Positions 1 to 10,416 of a stretch of DNA of 57,983 bases are shown piece after piece. Origin of the DNA: a virus. Lineage: Duplodnaviria; Caudoviricetes. The notes under the pieces were generated by a model. That model was not told where the DNA came from and did no database searches. It saw nothing but the letters and a program-made list of their open reading frames with translations. Numbering within the stretch: the first letter of the stretch is position 1; each line of letters starts with the position of its first letter. The translations under genes and the position numbers were made by a program. The stretch lies in the IMG/VR virus record IMGVR_UViG_3300023174_005575, positions 1 to 57,983 of that record; one strand, given 5' to 3'.

Positions 1-129
1 AAACTTTTCAAAATGGTCTATGATGCAGCGGAACAATATGGTGAGCATGGATTCAGCAACTTCCTAGCTGAACGTATGGATGCTCATAGAAAGCATGGAT
101 GGATGTTAAAAGCATCCATGCAGTCCTGA
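1..129 (+). CDS. dps: 3' end of a Dps/ferritin-like DNA-protection protein (partial; not in ORF track)
   Basis: Frame 1 reads KLFKMVYDAAEQYGEHGFSNFLAERMDAHRKHGWMLKASMQS*; the H-x-K-x-x-W-M-L C-terminal helix is typical of Dps. Confidence 0.75.
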   Translation, partial: KLFKMVYDAAEQYGEHGFSNFLAERMDAHRKHGWMLKASMQS

Positions 130-1329
130 TCAAAACCTACTAAACACATCCTTAAGAGCAATGATCAGCTTTTCGATCATGCCATCGTCATGGTATGGAG
201 TTGGAGCAAATCTTAGTCGTTCTGTGCCCACTGCAACTGTAGGATAGTTAATAGGTTGAACATAGATATTGTGATCATCTAACAAGGCATCACTCATGGC
301 CTTACAACGAACAGCATTGCCCACTAGCACTGGTACAATGTGTGATGTGGAAATATCCATATATGGTAAACCAGCTTCAATCAATGCTACTTTCAGTTTG
401 AGGGCACGTTCTTGATGCTTGTCTCTTAGTTCTTGATGTTCTTTCAACCACTTTACAGCAGTCAATGCACCAGCACAACTAACTGGGCTCATACTGGTAG
501 TAAAGATAAATCCGGCTGCTACGCTACGAATAGCATCAATCACATCAGAGTCTCCAGCAACATAGCCACCTTGCACGCCAAATGCTTTACCTAATGTGCC
601 GTTGATTAAGTCGATCCTAGACTCTAGACCTAATTGTTGAGCAACCCCTCCGCCTTGTGGTCCATACAATCCTACAGCATGTACTTCGTCGATGTAGGTA
701 ATGGCTTCGTATTCATCTGCTAGATCACAAATTTCTTTAATTAGGCCAATGTCGCCGTCCATGCTATAAACACTTTCAAATACGATACAGGGAGTTTGAC
801 CTTGAGCTTTAACTTCCTTTAAAATACGTTCTAGGTCTGCCATATCGTTGTGTTGAAATACGGTCTTTGCTGCTCGGCTATGACTGATGCCTACAATCAA
901 GCTATTATGATTTTGGCTATCGCTAATGTAATGAATGTCGGGAATGATCTTGCTCAACGAAATCAATGTCCATTCGTTGGCCACGTAAGCACTGCTGAAT
1001 AGTAGAGCTTTGGATTTGTTATGCAAGGTAGCAAGTTCGTTCTCTAGGGCTACGTGATAGCTGCTAGTGCCGCCAATGTTTCTAGTACCGCCCGAGCCTG
1101 AGCCAGTTTGATCTAATGCTGTATGCATGGCATCAATCACTGCTTTGTGTTGTCCCATGCCCAAGTAGTCGTTGCTGCACCAGTTTACGATGTTTTTAAT
1201 AGTAAACTTGCCGTACCAGATAGCATTGGGGAATTCGCCTTTTTCACGAACAATGTTATTGAATACTCTGTATTTGCCAGAATCTTTAAGATCCTTAAGT
1301 AGTTTATGAAATTGAGTTTTATTAATCAT
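130..1329 (-). CDS. hemA: 5-aminolevulinate synthase (Shemin/C4 pathway, PLP-dependent)
   Basis: [45 protein letters not shown] (PLP Lys), [21 protein letters not shown] motifs. Confidence 0.95.
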   Translation of the reverse strand: MINKTQFHKLLKDLKDSGKYRVFNNIVREKGEFPNAIWYGKFTIKNIVNWCSNDYLGMGQHKAVIDAMHTALDQTGSGSGGTRNIGGTSSYHVALENELATLHNKSKALLFSSAYVANEWTLISLSKIIPDIHYISDSQNHNSLIVGISHSRAAKTVFQHNDMADLERILKEVKAQGQTPCIVFESVYSMDGDIGLIKEICDLADEYEAITYIDEVHAVGLYGPQGGGVAQQLGLESRIDLINGTLGKAFGVQGGYVAGDSDVIDAIRSVAAGFIFTTSMSPVSCAGALTAVKWLKEHQELRDKHQERALKLKVALIEAGLPYMDISTSHIVPVLVGNAVRCKAMSDALLDDHNIYVQPINYPTVAVGTERLRFAPTPYHDDGMIEKLIIALKDVFSRF

Positions 1330-1336
1330 AGTGAGC

Positions 1337-1354
1337 TATTTATATTGATAAATA
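1337..1354. promoter_or_regulatory. Back-to-back T4-like late promoters (TATAAATA on - at 1337-1344; TAAATA on + at 1349-1354)
   Basis: Both motifs lie in the 42-nt gap between divergent hemA and ORF 1372; the - copy is 7 nt from the hemA ATG. Confidence 0.65.
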
Positions 1355-1371
1355 TCACAAAGGAATAAGAA

Positions 1372-1659
1372 ATGGCAGCAAATGGCATAAGTGATTTACC
1401 TACCAAAGAGGCTAGACAAAAGGCCAAGTTAGATTTGGCTGCACTTGATAGAGCGAGAGTTGGCAATCCAAGAGCTGCGTATGATATTGAACAATTACCC
1501 ACACAGTATAGTGGTGACGATGTTGTAGATAATGCCAATACAGGCGGTCTAATCGAGGGTAGACCTTGGATCACCGGCACTATGGGTTTTGCTAATATTT
1601 TATTAGAAGACGGAACAGATTTATTACAAGAGGATGGCAGCCTCTTTTTTACGGAGTAA
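1372..1659 (+). CDS. Hypothetical protein, possibly virion-associated (C-terminal LLEDG/LQEDG motifs)
   Basis: 95-aa ORF with AAGGA RBS after a late promoter; ILLEDGTDLLQEDG motif; directly precedes a fibre-like gene. Confidence 0.6.
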   Translation: MAANGISDLPTKEARQKAKLDLAALDRARVGNPRAAYDIEQLPTQYSGDDVVDNANTGGLIEGRPWITGTMGFANILLEDGTDLLQEDGSLFFTE

Positions 1660-1662
1660 AAT

Positions 1663-2649
1663 ATGTCAGGCACAAAGATATCGGCGTTACAGTCATTAGA
1701 TCCAGTATCAGGAACCAGTGTTCTACCTCTTGTTAGTAGTGGAACAAATTACAAGGCGTCATTGCAGGCAGTTAAAGAATATGTGCTACAAGGCACAAGC
1801 GTACAGGGTGTACAAGGACGCCAAGGTATTCAAGGATCACAGGGTATTCAAGGACGTCAAGGTGCGCAAGGGACTGCGGGTGAAGATGGAACAAGTAGCA
1901 ATTTATTTTTTTATAATGCTAATACAGGAGCATTCAGTGGTAATCCAGGAAGTGGTTCTATTATTTGGAATAATGCTTCACAGAAAGATTCCACAGCAAT
2001 ATTAATCAGTCACCTTAATAGTTCTAACGTTGATATTGATATCTTTTTAGCCTTGTTAAGACCTACAGAAAAGTTCACAGTTCAGGATGCTAACGTAAGC
2101 TCTAACTATCAAACTTGGAGAATTACGGGATCACCAACAAATTACAATGCAGGCACAGCTTCCAGTTATTGGAGTTTTCCTGTAGAGTTAGTATCTAGTG
2201 CAGGCACTGGTACTACCGGATTCGCCAACCTACACGCATTATTTGTTGCACTGGTAAATGGTGTGCAAGGTGTGCAAGGTGTGCAAGGCATATCCGGTGT
2301 TGGGTCAAGTGCATTAGTCAATGCTGGCACATTTGTCACAATGGACAACTTAAAAGCCACAGTGACAACTAGCGGTAATCGTGGATTGAGTTTGGCCGCA
2401 GTATCAGGATCTTTTAATATACGTATAGCCGGTACCTATGCTATTGCTGGTGGTACAGGTGGCTCAACAGCTAGTGTGAATATAACTACCACTCCGACGA
2501 CATCAATATTCGGTTGGGACTTTGTTGGTGCTGGTGATTTAGCAACATATGTTATTACAGACACAACTAACAATAGAGCCTACCGCGTCACAATGCATAT
2601 AGGTTATCTTTATAACGATAATACGATCTGCATCGAGAGATTAGTATAA
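1663..2649 (+). CDS. Fibre-like virion protein with short collagen-like G-x-Q repeats
   Basis: N-terminal KISAL motif; QGVQGRQGIQG repeats; Gly/Thr/Ser-rich. Confidence 0.65.
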   Translation: MSGTKISALQSLDPVSGTSVLPLVSSGTNYKASLQAVKEYVLQGTSVQGVQGRQGIQGSQGIQGRQGAQGTAGEDGTSSNLFFYNANTGAFSGNPGSGSIIWNNASQKDSTAILISHLNSSNVDIDIFLALLRPTEKFTVQDANVSSNYQTWRITGSPTNYNAGTASSYWSFPVELVSSAGTGTTGFANLHALFVALVNGVQGVQGVQGISGVGSSALVNAGTFVTMDNLKATVTTSGNRGLSLAAVSGSFNIRIAGTYAIAGGTGGSTASVNITTTPTTSIFGWDFVGAGDLATYVITDTTNNRAYRVTMHIGYLYNDNTICIERLV

Positions 2650-2680
2650 TCATAAGTAAGAATAATTACTAAATAACATT

Positions 2681-2971
2681 ATGAGAGCAGCAGAATTTTT
2701 AAGAGACGTCGTGAATATGTTATCCTCTATGGATGGTGAGGAAGAGCACAATGACGGCGTAGAAGTTAACATACACGGTGGACATCAGTCAGTCGAGCTG
2801 CCTAGTCATCATGAGCATGAACACGAAGGTCCAGAATTGGATCCAAATCCAGTAATGGTTCCCCCATTGCAGCAAAAAATAGAAATAATGAAAAAGATGG
2901 CAGGATTGCCAAATCAAGCAGACAAGTTCACAGCCATAGTAGCAGACGAAGACGAGCCCTTCGAGGGATAG
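2681..2971 (+). CDS. Hypothetical acidic protein (MRAAEFL N-terminus, KKMAGL motif)
   Basis: 96-aa ORF starting 5 nt after TAAATA (2670-2675). Confidence 0.7.
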   Translation: MRAAEFLRDVVNMLSSMDGEEEHNDGVEVNIHGGHQSVELPSHHEHEHEGPELDPNPVMVPPLQQKIEIMKKMAGLPNQADKFTAIVADEDEPFEG

Positions 2972-2981
2972 GGAGTAGCCC

Positions 2982-5900
2982 GTGTCCTTCACACAAAAAT
3001 TATTCACCAGTTTCCATAGTTATCCAGACGGCAATACTCGTATAGGCGAGCTCAACCGTATTTGGTATGACAGCAATACTAACACCTTACGTATACAATT
3101 AGACACTGTCACTCCTGGTGGTACTATTATTGCTGGAGGTGGTCAAAGTGATTATACCTTATTACCTGCCACAGAAACTAGACTAGGCGGCGTCAAGATC
3201 GGTGATAATATATATGTTGATGGCGAAGGCAAGATTAGTGTGAATCTTGAAGATTATGCCACAACTGAATATGTTACCAATCAATTAGAACAATATAATG
3301 ATTTAGGCAATCTCAGTATAGGTGGCCCAGATGAGCAAACCATATCTGGATCAGTGCATAATGCCGATATCGTATTAAACCCCAATGGTGGCAGTGTACA
3401 AGTGCCCAATCTTAAAGTAGGCGACAATGGCAATATCTTAAACAGCAATCTCTATATTGAAGCATATATCACGCAGTATGAACTAGTCAGTATAGTGGAT
3501 AGCAGCACTGGCCTAAGCGACAATTTATTAACTGGCACTTATGGAAACATAAATGGAGTTGTTGCACCATGGACCGTATTCGAATTAGCGCCAGGAACTA
3601 GTGGTATTCCTATCAGTGCTATTCAAATTAATGACATATTAACTGGTGTAGGCATTGTGCCCAGTGTGGTACAGGATCGTGGAAGAGCTGGAGAAGGTGA
3701 TCCTGCTGAGTGGAGTAACTATGTTATTGTAGGCTTGGATCTATCTTCATTGGGACAGCTATTGCCATTAACTGGAGCCGAGTTTGATCTATTACGACCA
3801 TTAACCAAAGCTAACTTTAACGTTCAAAGTGCCAACGATAGTGATATATTTTTAGATAGTCGTGGACTAGGCGATGTTATTGTTAACACCAATATAGTAC
3901 CAGTGACCAATAACATTAGTACTCTTGGTACACCTACCAAACGTTGGAAAAGTATCTATTTAGGTCCAGGTACTATCTATATATTTGACGAAACCTTGGG
4001 TAAGGATATTGCCATTGGTGCTAGGGATAATTTGTTATATGTTCAGAATGGTGCTGGACTCAGTGTAGGTGAGTTCACATTGGTGGACAATCAAATTAAG
4101 ATTGCCGATCCTACTCGAGATATAGTAGTTGGTTCAACAGATGCCACAGGCTATGTGGATTTTAATCGACCAATTAGAATAAGAAACAATTTAGGTAGAA
4201 CGGTATTTGATGTTAATAGAGAGGGGCTAACAGCCATATATAGTCCAGTCAGTTCAGACCCAACCAAATCCACATTAAGTATTGTTGGTACTAGTAATGG
4301 ACATACACAACCACGTGCCACACTATATGATGGCACATTGATTCACCTAACGGCGCAGGATGGTAAGAGTTCGCGCATAAGTTCAGATAGCTTTGGTGTA
4401 GGCACTTATCCATTGTATGCAGGCAGAGCCGCACGTGGCACAGTGGATGAACCTAGTGCCATGGTTGCTGGTGATGTGCTGTCACGTTTTTCAGCTGTGG
4501 GTTGGGGTACTACTGGTTATGTGAATAGTATCAGCAGAATTGATGCTGTAGCTGCTGAAAACTTTACTGATACTACAGCAGGTACTAAGTTTGTGTTTCA
4601 AAATACTCCCATTGGTTCTGCAACTATCCAAAAGTCAGCCACTGTTGATAGTACAGGGTTATCTTTCGTTGGTGCAGTAGATACAGAATCTGGTATAACA
4701 TTTAGAGATAACACTAGACAAATTACAGCAGCCATTCAAAGCGACTGGATTCAAACTGACAACACCAAATTAGATTATATCAAGAACAAGCCCGAAGTCA
4801 TACAGGGTCTACAGGGTGTACAAGGCGATATAGGACTGCAAGGTGTCAAAGGGGTTGACGGAACCAGTGTAAGAATATTAGGTTCAGTCAGTGACATAAC
4901 TGAACTACCTGGCTACCCTACAAGTTATCTTGGTGATATTGGTGATGGATATCTTAACATAGTTGATGGCAGTCTGTACTTTTGGGATGGCGCCCAATGG
5001 AATGATGTAGGCGACATACGTGGGTCACAGGGCGTACAAGGTACACAGGGTACACAAGGTCGCCAAGGTCGCCAGGGCATACAAGGTATACAGGGTACGG
5101 ACGGATTTCAAGGTATACAAGGATTCCAAGGAACTACTGGATTTCAAGGCACTTTTGGCAGTCAAGGTATAACAGGTAATCAAGGTATACAAGGACGTCA
5201 AGGTACTCAAGGTACATTAGGTCTACAAGGCACAACAGGTGAACAAGGTGCTCAAGGTATAACAGGCAATCAAGGTACACAGGGTATACAAGGACGCCAA
5301 GGCATACAGGGTACACAAGGTACACAAGGACAGCAAGGTACACAAGGTACACAAGGTACTCAAGGTATAACAGGTAATCAAGGTACGCAAGGTATACAGG
5401 GTACACAAGGCACTTATGGAGCAACTGGTGATACTGGCCTACAGGGTACACAAGGTACACAAGGTATACTGGGTAATCAAGGCATCCAAGGACGTCAAGG
5501 TACACAGGGTACTCAGGGCATACAAGGTATACAGGGAACACAAGGTACAGACGGTGCTCAAGGAACACAGGGTACACAAGGTATACAAGGACGCCAAGGC
5601 ATTCAAGGTACTCAAGGTACTTATGGATCAACTGGTAATCAAGGTATACAGGGCATACAAGGTATGCAGGCCAGTCAAGGTATACAAGGAACACAAGCTG
5701 CCCAAGGTGTACAAGGTATACAAGGAATTGGATCAACATACGGAAACTTAAACTCTAACATACTGATCTATGTTCAAAATTCTGCATATACATTGACCAG
5801 TGCTAAAAATACACTGCTCAGTCCATTTGGATTGACTAATGGAGTCACCGTAATTTCTAACACACGTTATCAGTATGAGATGGTGTTTAATTTACAGGCC

Positions 5901-6266
5901 AATAAAGCAGGTGTGCTAAGTTATGCATTGGCTGCAAATGGCGGCCTAGTACTAGCACAGCATAATTACACAGTGATTGGCAACAAGACCACTACGATTG
6001 ATGGATATACAGCTGGTATTACCATGATGAGTAAGAACTTAACTTCATTGTTTACCACAGCACAAACAGTGGCAGATACTAACAATACCTTTGCACATTA
6101 TGCAATTTGGGGTACTATTGATGTGACCACAGGCGGCTCACTTAACTTTATGATTAGCCAAGATCAAAACACTCCTATAACTTGGAGCGTTCTAGCTGGC
6201 GCTTACGTTAAATTATTACCCATAGGACCAATTGGAGCTGATTCAGCCAACGGTACTTGGAGTTAA
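2982..6266 (+). CDS. Collagen-like tail/head fibre protein
   Basis: 1094 aa; LGGVKIGD and LGTPTKRWKSIYL fibre motifs; long (G-x-Q)n tract. Confidence 0.8.
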   Translation: MSFTQKLFTSFHSYPDGNTRIGELNRIWYDSNTNTLRIQLDTVTPGGTIIAGGGQSDYTLLPATETRLGGVKIGDNIYVDGEGKISVNLEDYATTEYVTNQLEQYNDLGNLSIGGPDEQTISGSVHNADIVLNPNGGSVQVPNLKVGDNGNILNSNLYIEAYITQYELVSIVDSSTGLSDNLLTGTYGNINGVVAPWTVFELAPGTSGIPISAIQINDILTGVGIVPSVVQDRGRAGEGDPAEWSNYVIVGLDLSSLGQLLPLTGAEFDLLRPLTKANFNVQSANDSDIFLDSRGLGDVIVNTNIVPVTNNISTLGTPTKRWKSIYLGPGTIYIFDETLGKDIAIGARDNLLYVQNGAGLSVGEFTLVDNQIKIADPTRDIVVGSTDATGYVDFNRPIRIRNNLGRTVFDVNREGLTAIYSPVSSDPTKSTLSIVGTSNGHTQPRATLYDGTLIHLTAQDGKSSRISSDSFGVGTYPLYAGRAARGTVDEPSAMVAGDVLSRFSAVGWGTTGYVNSISRIDAVAAENFTDTTAGTKFVFQNTPIGSATIQKSATVDSTGLSFVGAVDTESGITFRDNTRQITAAIQSDWIQTDNTKLDYIKNKPEVIQGLQGVQGDIGLQGVKGVDGTSVRILGSVSDITELPGYPTSYLGDIGDGYLNIVDGSLYFWDGAQWNDVGDIRGSQGVQGTQGTQGRQGRQGIQGIQGTDGFQGIQGFQGTTGFQGTFGSQGITGNQGIQGRQGTQGTLGLQGTTGEQGAQGITGNQGTQGIQGRQGIQGTQGTQGQQGTQGTQGTQGITGNQGTQGIQGTQGTYGATGDTGLQGTQGTQGILGNQGIQGRQGTQGTQGIQGIQGTQGTDGAQGTQGTQGIQGRQGIQGTQGTYGSTGNQGIQGIQGMQASQGIQGTQAAQGVQGIQGIGSTYGNLNSNILIYVQNSAYTLTSAKNTLLSPFGLTNGVTVISNTRYQYEMVFNLQANKAGVLSYALAANGGLVLAQHNYTVIGNKTTTIDGYTAGITMMSKNLTSLFTTAQTVADTNNTFAHYAIWGTIDVTTGGSLNFMISQDQNTPITWSVLAGAYVKLLPIGPIGADSANGTWS
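5022..5733 (+). repeat. 9-nt-period collagen-like coding repeat (consensus close to GGTACACAA), about 75-80 G-x-Q triplets
   Basis: Direct reading: caaggtacacaaggtatacaagg... encoding GTQ/GIQ/GRQ/GNQ. Confidence 0.9.
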
Positions 6267-6295
6267 TTAAATAATTAATTAAACAAGGAACTGAT

Positions 6296-6496
6296 ATGTT
6301 TAGTATAGTAGACCTAATTGATGAGGAAGGTACTGAAACCCTATTCACTCCATGTAGACTATGTGGACATGCACATCATTGCAACAAACCTAAATGTAAA
6401 GAATGTGAATGTGCCACTTGTGAATGTCCTAATTGTGTGGCCCGTATGGAAGGCACACATCCTGATCAACAACCTAAAAGCACACGTTTTATATGA
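6296..6496 (+). CDS. Small Cys/His-rich metal-binding protein
   Basis: CRLCGHAHHCNKPKCKECECATCECPNC (9 Cys, 3 His); AAGGA RBS. Confidence 0.65.
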   Translation: MFSIVDLIDEEGTETLFTPCRLCGHAHHCNKPKCKECECATCECPNCVARMEGTHPDQQPKSTRFI

Positions 6497-7254
6497 AATT
6501 TTTTGAATTGACTGACAAGCCTCGCCCAGATGATGGTAGTGAACCTATCATCAAGGCCTTTGTGAAGTTTACCAGTCAAAAACTAGGCTTGAAAGAGCCA
6601 CCTAAAATTAAACTACATAGAAATCCCAAGCTGGCCAGTCAACGTCGTAGCTTTGGTGGATACATGCCAGGACAGGGCATAGAGATTAACATTGGCAATA
6701 GACATATTATGGATGTGTTACGTACTCTAGCACATGAAATGGTACACTACAAACAAGACATCAATGGCCAACTCAAACCAGACAGTGGCAGAGATGGTAG
6801 TGATGAAGAAAACGAAGCAAATGCCAAGGCCGCTGTGGTCATGCGCCTATGGGCTAAGATGAATCCTGAATTATTTCAACACGCTACCATATTGGCAGAG
6901 AGCCAAAAGAACAGACTAACACCTAAGCACATACATAAAATAGCAGATAAGAAAGGCATTAAATGGGATGACGAGCCAGCCTTCTTAAAACTAACTAGAC
7001 GTGTTGCTGGACATAGATATCTAGATGACTTGGATCAAGATGGTTTATTCAAAATGAAAAACTATTTGGATAACCTTGATGAGAACTTTGCTGATGGCCG
7101 TAATCCTCAAGACAAAGGGGATAGTGCTAGACATGGCATACCCAAGAAGGCCAGTTTAGGCACATTGGATAAGATAGGTCATGGATCAGGGCGTAAAGCA
7201 CAATTAGCCAGATGGCAGGCCAATATGCGTAGAGGAAGAAACAAGCATGATTGA
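6493..7254 (+). CDS. HExxH zinc-metallopeptidase-like protein with basic C-terminal extension
   Basis: [11 protein letters not shown] followed by a downstream ENEANA Glu motif. Confidence 0.65.
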   Translation: MKFFELTDKPRPDDGSEPIIKAFVKFTSQKLGLKEPPKIKLHRNPKLASQRRSFGGYMPGQGIEINIGNRHIMDVLRTLAHEMVHYKQDINGQLKPDSGRDGSDEENEANAKAAVVMRLWAKMNPELFQHATILAESQKNRLTPKHIHKIADKKGIKWDDEPAFLKLTRRVAGHRYLDDLDQDGLFKMKNYLDNLDENFADGRNPQDKGDSARHGIPKKASLGTLDKIGHGSGRKAQLARWQANMRRGRNKHD

Positions 7255-8149
7255 TTCAAAAGCAGTTAAAACTTGGCTACTTGGTCTTCAACAAAACATA
7301 GTATATATGTTGGAAATGAACGAAGAGTCAGCCAAATTCAAAGCAGACGAATGGAGTAAACCTACTGGAGAAGGTATAACTTGCATACTGGAAGGTGGAC
7401 AACTACTTGAGCGTGGAGGAGTTGGGTTTAGCCATGTAACAGGCAATCAACTACCACCATCGGCCACAGCAGCACGCCCACACCTAATAGGCAGAAAGTG
7501 GGAAGCAATGGGAATGAGTCTAGTGTTTCATCCACTCAACCCATATGTACCAACCGTACATTTAAATGTGCGCTTCTTTGTGGCACAGGCCACAAGCAAC
7601 GAACCAGCAACGTGGTGGTTTGGTGGTGGTATGGATCTTACTCCTTACTATGGTTTTGATGACGATGCTGAGCACTTTCATCGTACTTGCAGCGATGCAT
7701 TGCGTCCATTTGGTGAAGACGTCTATGCCAATTATAAAAAAGCCTGTGATGAATATTTTTATCTCAAACATCGTAATGAACCTAGAGGCATAGGCGGCAT
7801 ATTCTTTGATGACGTAGACACACCAGACTTTGACACAGCATTTGCCTTAACTAGAGCAGTGGGCGATAACTTTTTGTCAGCTTGGATGCCTATTGCACAG
7901 CGAAGACGTGACTCGGCATACGGGCCAGAACAAAGAGCATGGCAAGCATATCGCCGTGGCAGATACGTAGAGTTTAACCTAGTATGGGATCGTGGCACAT
8001 TATTTGGCCTACAGAGTGGAGGCCGTACAGAAAGCATACTGATGAGTATGCCACCCAATGTTACTTGGAGTTATGACTATAGACCAGAAGTCAATAGTCC
8101 AGAAGCTCTATTATATGAGCGTTATCTAAAACCCAAGGATTGGATATAA
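7247..8149 (+). CDS. hemF: Oxygen-dependent coproporphyrinogen III oxidase
   Basis: [73 protein letters not shown]. Confidence 0.96.
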   Translation: MIDSKAVKTWLLGLQQNIVYMLEMNEESAKFKADEWSKPTGEGITCILEGGQLLERGGVGFSHVTGNQLPPSATAARPHLIGRKWEAMGMSLVFHPLNPYVPTVHLNVRFFVAQATSNEPATWWFGGGMDLTPYYGFDDDAEHFHRTCSDALRPFGEDVYANYKKACDEYFYLKHRNEPRGIGGIFFDDVDTPDFDTAFALTRAVGDNFLSAWMPIAQRRRDSAYGPEQRAWQAYRRGRYVEFNLVWDRGTLFGLQSGGRTESILMSMPPNVTWSYDYRPEVNSPEALLYERYLKPKDWI

Positions 8150-8170
8150 AAATAGGGCCCTAAGGCCCTA
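8149..8170. terminator. Intrinsic terminator hairpin between convergent genes
   Basis: TAGGGCC-CTAA-GGCCCTA with an A-run on the 5' side (U-tail on -); same core as 53566-53581. Confidence 0.7.
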
Positions 8171-8189
8171 CAGTGCTAGGCACTAAGTA

Positions 8190-8459
8190 TTAACGTGACT
8201 TGGCGCCTTGATTGACAAAGCCGTACATTTTTTCTGCTGTGGCTAGTACTTGCTCAAGTCCAGGAAACTGTGGCATATCTACTGTGGTAACGACTGTTCC
8301 TGATTTTTCATCACGCTGCGCTGAAATTTGCCAGCCGTTAAATTTAGCGTGATATTCATCCAACATAAGGCTTTTAGCCATATCGAGGATTTCTGTACGG
8401 ATCTCGTATCCGTTCTTGTTGAACTTCACTTCTGGAAGCTTTGGTGCAAAGTCTGACAT
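8190..8459 (-). CDS. Hypothetical protein
   Basis: 89-aa ORF with AGGAG RBS, a 5' leader hairpin (GGCAGCAA-GG-TTGCTGCT) and upstream TAAATA. Confidence 0.75.
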   Translation of the reverse strand: MSDFAPKLPEVKFNKNGYEIRTEILDMAKSLMLDEYHAKFNGWQISAQRDEKSGTVVTTVDMPQFPGLEQVLATAEKMYGFVNQGAKSR

Positions 8460-8544
8460 AATAATCTCCTATGTGTATGTCTGTATAAGCAGCAACCTTG
8501 CTGCCTATGTATTTATTATACAGGTTAGAATAGATAAGAGCAAG

Positions 8545-9120
8545 TTATTTCCGTACTCTATCTATCCGTTCCTTAATGATCTTTACTACTTCGTCACTCA
8601 ATACTACTTCATAGTGATTGAAGTTAACTTCAACTAACTCCATGTCAATATGGTGTTTCATACTGCTAATTGTAACTATTCCATCATTGTCCTCAGGAAT
8701 AAAAGGACTCTGTCCTTTCATAGTGACTACATTGGTCCAAGGATGTTGTATCTTAATAGAGTCTGCTCGACGCATAGCCCAACTGCTAGGCCCTATATCA
8801 CGCATGAGTCTACTGAATGGCATGAAGAATGTTAGTACATCGGCAACTTCTGCACCACCATATGGAGTGCTCAGTGTAACAGCACCAAGTACTCGTTTAG
8901 GAATAGTATTGGCAAGGTGTAGGCTATAAATGCCGCCTAGGCTATGTGCCACAAAGAATATGTCATCCACAGTGGCTAATCGTTCTAACATGTCACTTAA
9001 ATTGTTTTCAAATCCTTTGCGGCTGTCGTAGTTAATGTCTACTCCCTTGCCTACTTTACTGCGGATATAGTTAAAGCTATCACTGGTAGCACTGGCTCCG
9101 TGTATGTATACCGGCTTCAT
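8545..9120 (-). CDS. Alpha/beta-hydrolase (esterase/lipase-like); start revised to ATG at 9120
   Basis: YIHGA oxyanion motif, AHSLGG nucleophile elbow, TLSTPYGG, NDGIV, C-terminal His; TGATG overlap with the cupin gene. Confidence 0.85.
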   Translation of the reverse strand: MKPVYIHGASATSDSFNYIRSKVGKGVDINYDSRKGFENNLSDMLERLATVDDIFFVAHSLGGIYSLHLANTIPKRVLGAVTLSTPYGGAEVADVLTFFMPFSRLMRDIGPSSWAMRRADSIKIQHPWTNVVTMKGQSPFIPEDNDGIVTISSMKHHIDMELVEVNFNHYEVVLSDEVVKIIKERIDRVRK

Positions 9121-9533
9121 CACTTGCTCCAAGGAGTTACTGGTGGTACGGCACAAGGGGCTTCGGCGTCAACGCTGCCAAAATCAGCTGGGCCAACTAT
9201 TTCCAAATACTCCATATCTTCACTGTAGTCAAACAAATAGTGTACAATACCAGGACGTTGATGAATGCAGTCGCCTGCCTGTACTAGTGTTTCTTTATCC
9301 TCATACATAAACTTGGCCCATCCTTTCAACATATAAACTATTTGAAAGTCTGCCACGTGGATATGCCACCCAGTGCCTTGTTCGGGTGGCATATTGGCCT
9401 TGGTTATATGTGCAACTACTCTACCGTGTGTGGCATCTGCTACTCCTAAGTCTCTATATAGAAAAAAATCTCTTAGGCCTCCGCTTTTGAATTCTGCTTC
9501 GGAGGCTTTGGAATGCGAAAATTTAGTAGACAT
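9120..9533 (-). CDS. Cupin-domain protein
   Basis: GWHIH...FQIVYMLKG and GDCIHQRPGIVH cupin motifs. Confidence 0.85.
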   Translation of the reverse strand: MSTKFSHSKASEAEFKSGGLRDFFLYRDLGVADATHGRVVAHITKANMPPEQGTGWHIHVADFQIVYMLKGWAKFMYEDKETLVQAGDCIHQRPGIVHYLFDYSEDMEYLEIVGPADFGSVDAEAPCAVPPVTPWSK

Positions 9534-9683
9534 AATCTTACCTTTAAAGTATATGTTTATTTAAATCTTTCTGGGAAATTTATTTGCGGCCATCTTCATG
9601 GATGTACCTCAAAATTATTACAATTCCACTTTAAAAAGTATCTTACTGCAATAATAAAATTTAGTAGATTCATAATAACTTTT

Positions 9684-9803
9684 TTAACTTTTATAAAAAG
9701 ATAATGCAGCTTCATACTTTCCTAATCTCGCTAACACTGTAGCTTCTTTGGCTCTACTAAATTCTTTTAAAAATATACTAATAAAATTAAAAAACGATTT
9801 CAT
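9684..9803 (-). CDS. Small hypothetical protein, 39 aa (not in ORF track)
   Basis: MKSFFNFISIFLKEFSRAKEATVLARLGKYEAALSFYKS*; ATGA overlap with the upstream gene's stop. Confidence 0.55.
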   Translation of the reverse strand: MKSFFNFISIFLKEFSRAKEATVLARLGKYEAALSFYKS

Positions 9804-9964
9804 AATGCACCTCTGCGACCGTATGTGAATTGACGGATAAGATTGTCCACATCACCACCATGTGCAGGATTGTGAGCAATGATAAATCTTTCCAAATCTG
9901 TTTGATGACTGCTGAAACGGTCTAATAAATTGACTAACTTGTCAAATACTGCGAAAATAAACAT
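9800..9964 (-). CDS. Small protein resembling DUF3563; start revised to ATG at 9964
   Basis: AAAGGAAA RBS before MFIFAVF; LERFI...DVDNLIRQF resembles DUF3563 (recalled, not searched). Confidence 0.55.
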   Translation of the reverse strand: MFIFAVFDKLVNLLDRFSSHQTDLERFIIAHNPAHGGDVDNLIRQFTYGRRGAL

Positions 9965-10144
9965 TTTGTGTTTCCTTTTGGTTAAGTAGATACTCATGGT
10001 TTCTACTGAGTATTTAGTTATTGTAGCAGGATTTATGCTGCATTGCAACAAGAATCAAGGTATTTTGCCTAAGAAATATACAACCATAATCAGCTTATTA
10101 AATGACTTTGTTCAGTCACTATAAATAGTTGGACGGGAACGGAT

Positions 10145-10414
10145 ATGAAGAAAAGCACTAGAAGCATTCTTGAAGAGCTAAACGAGATCAGTTTGATCCG
10201 CAACAAGGACCACCTTATCGAAACTAAAGGTGTGAACCTAATAGCCAGTGCTGCTAATCTTTTGAAGTTAATTAAAGAACAATATGATGTAGAGACTGCT
10301 GGTGAATTAGAGCGTAGGTTTATTAACGCCATACGCACCAGTGACGGGGACAAGTTCAAACGTGGCATGAACAAAGTACACGAAAGTCGTAAAAATAATA
10401 AGAATTCAATCTAA
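10145..10414 (+). CDS. Hypothetical protein
   Basis: 89-aa ORF after TATAAATA; followed by a terminator. Confidence 0.75.
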   Translation: MKKSTRSILEELNEISLIRNKDHLIETKGVNLIASAANLLKLIKEQYDVETAGELERRFINAIRTSDGDKFKRGMNKVHESRKNNKNSI

Positions 10415-10416
10415 TC

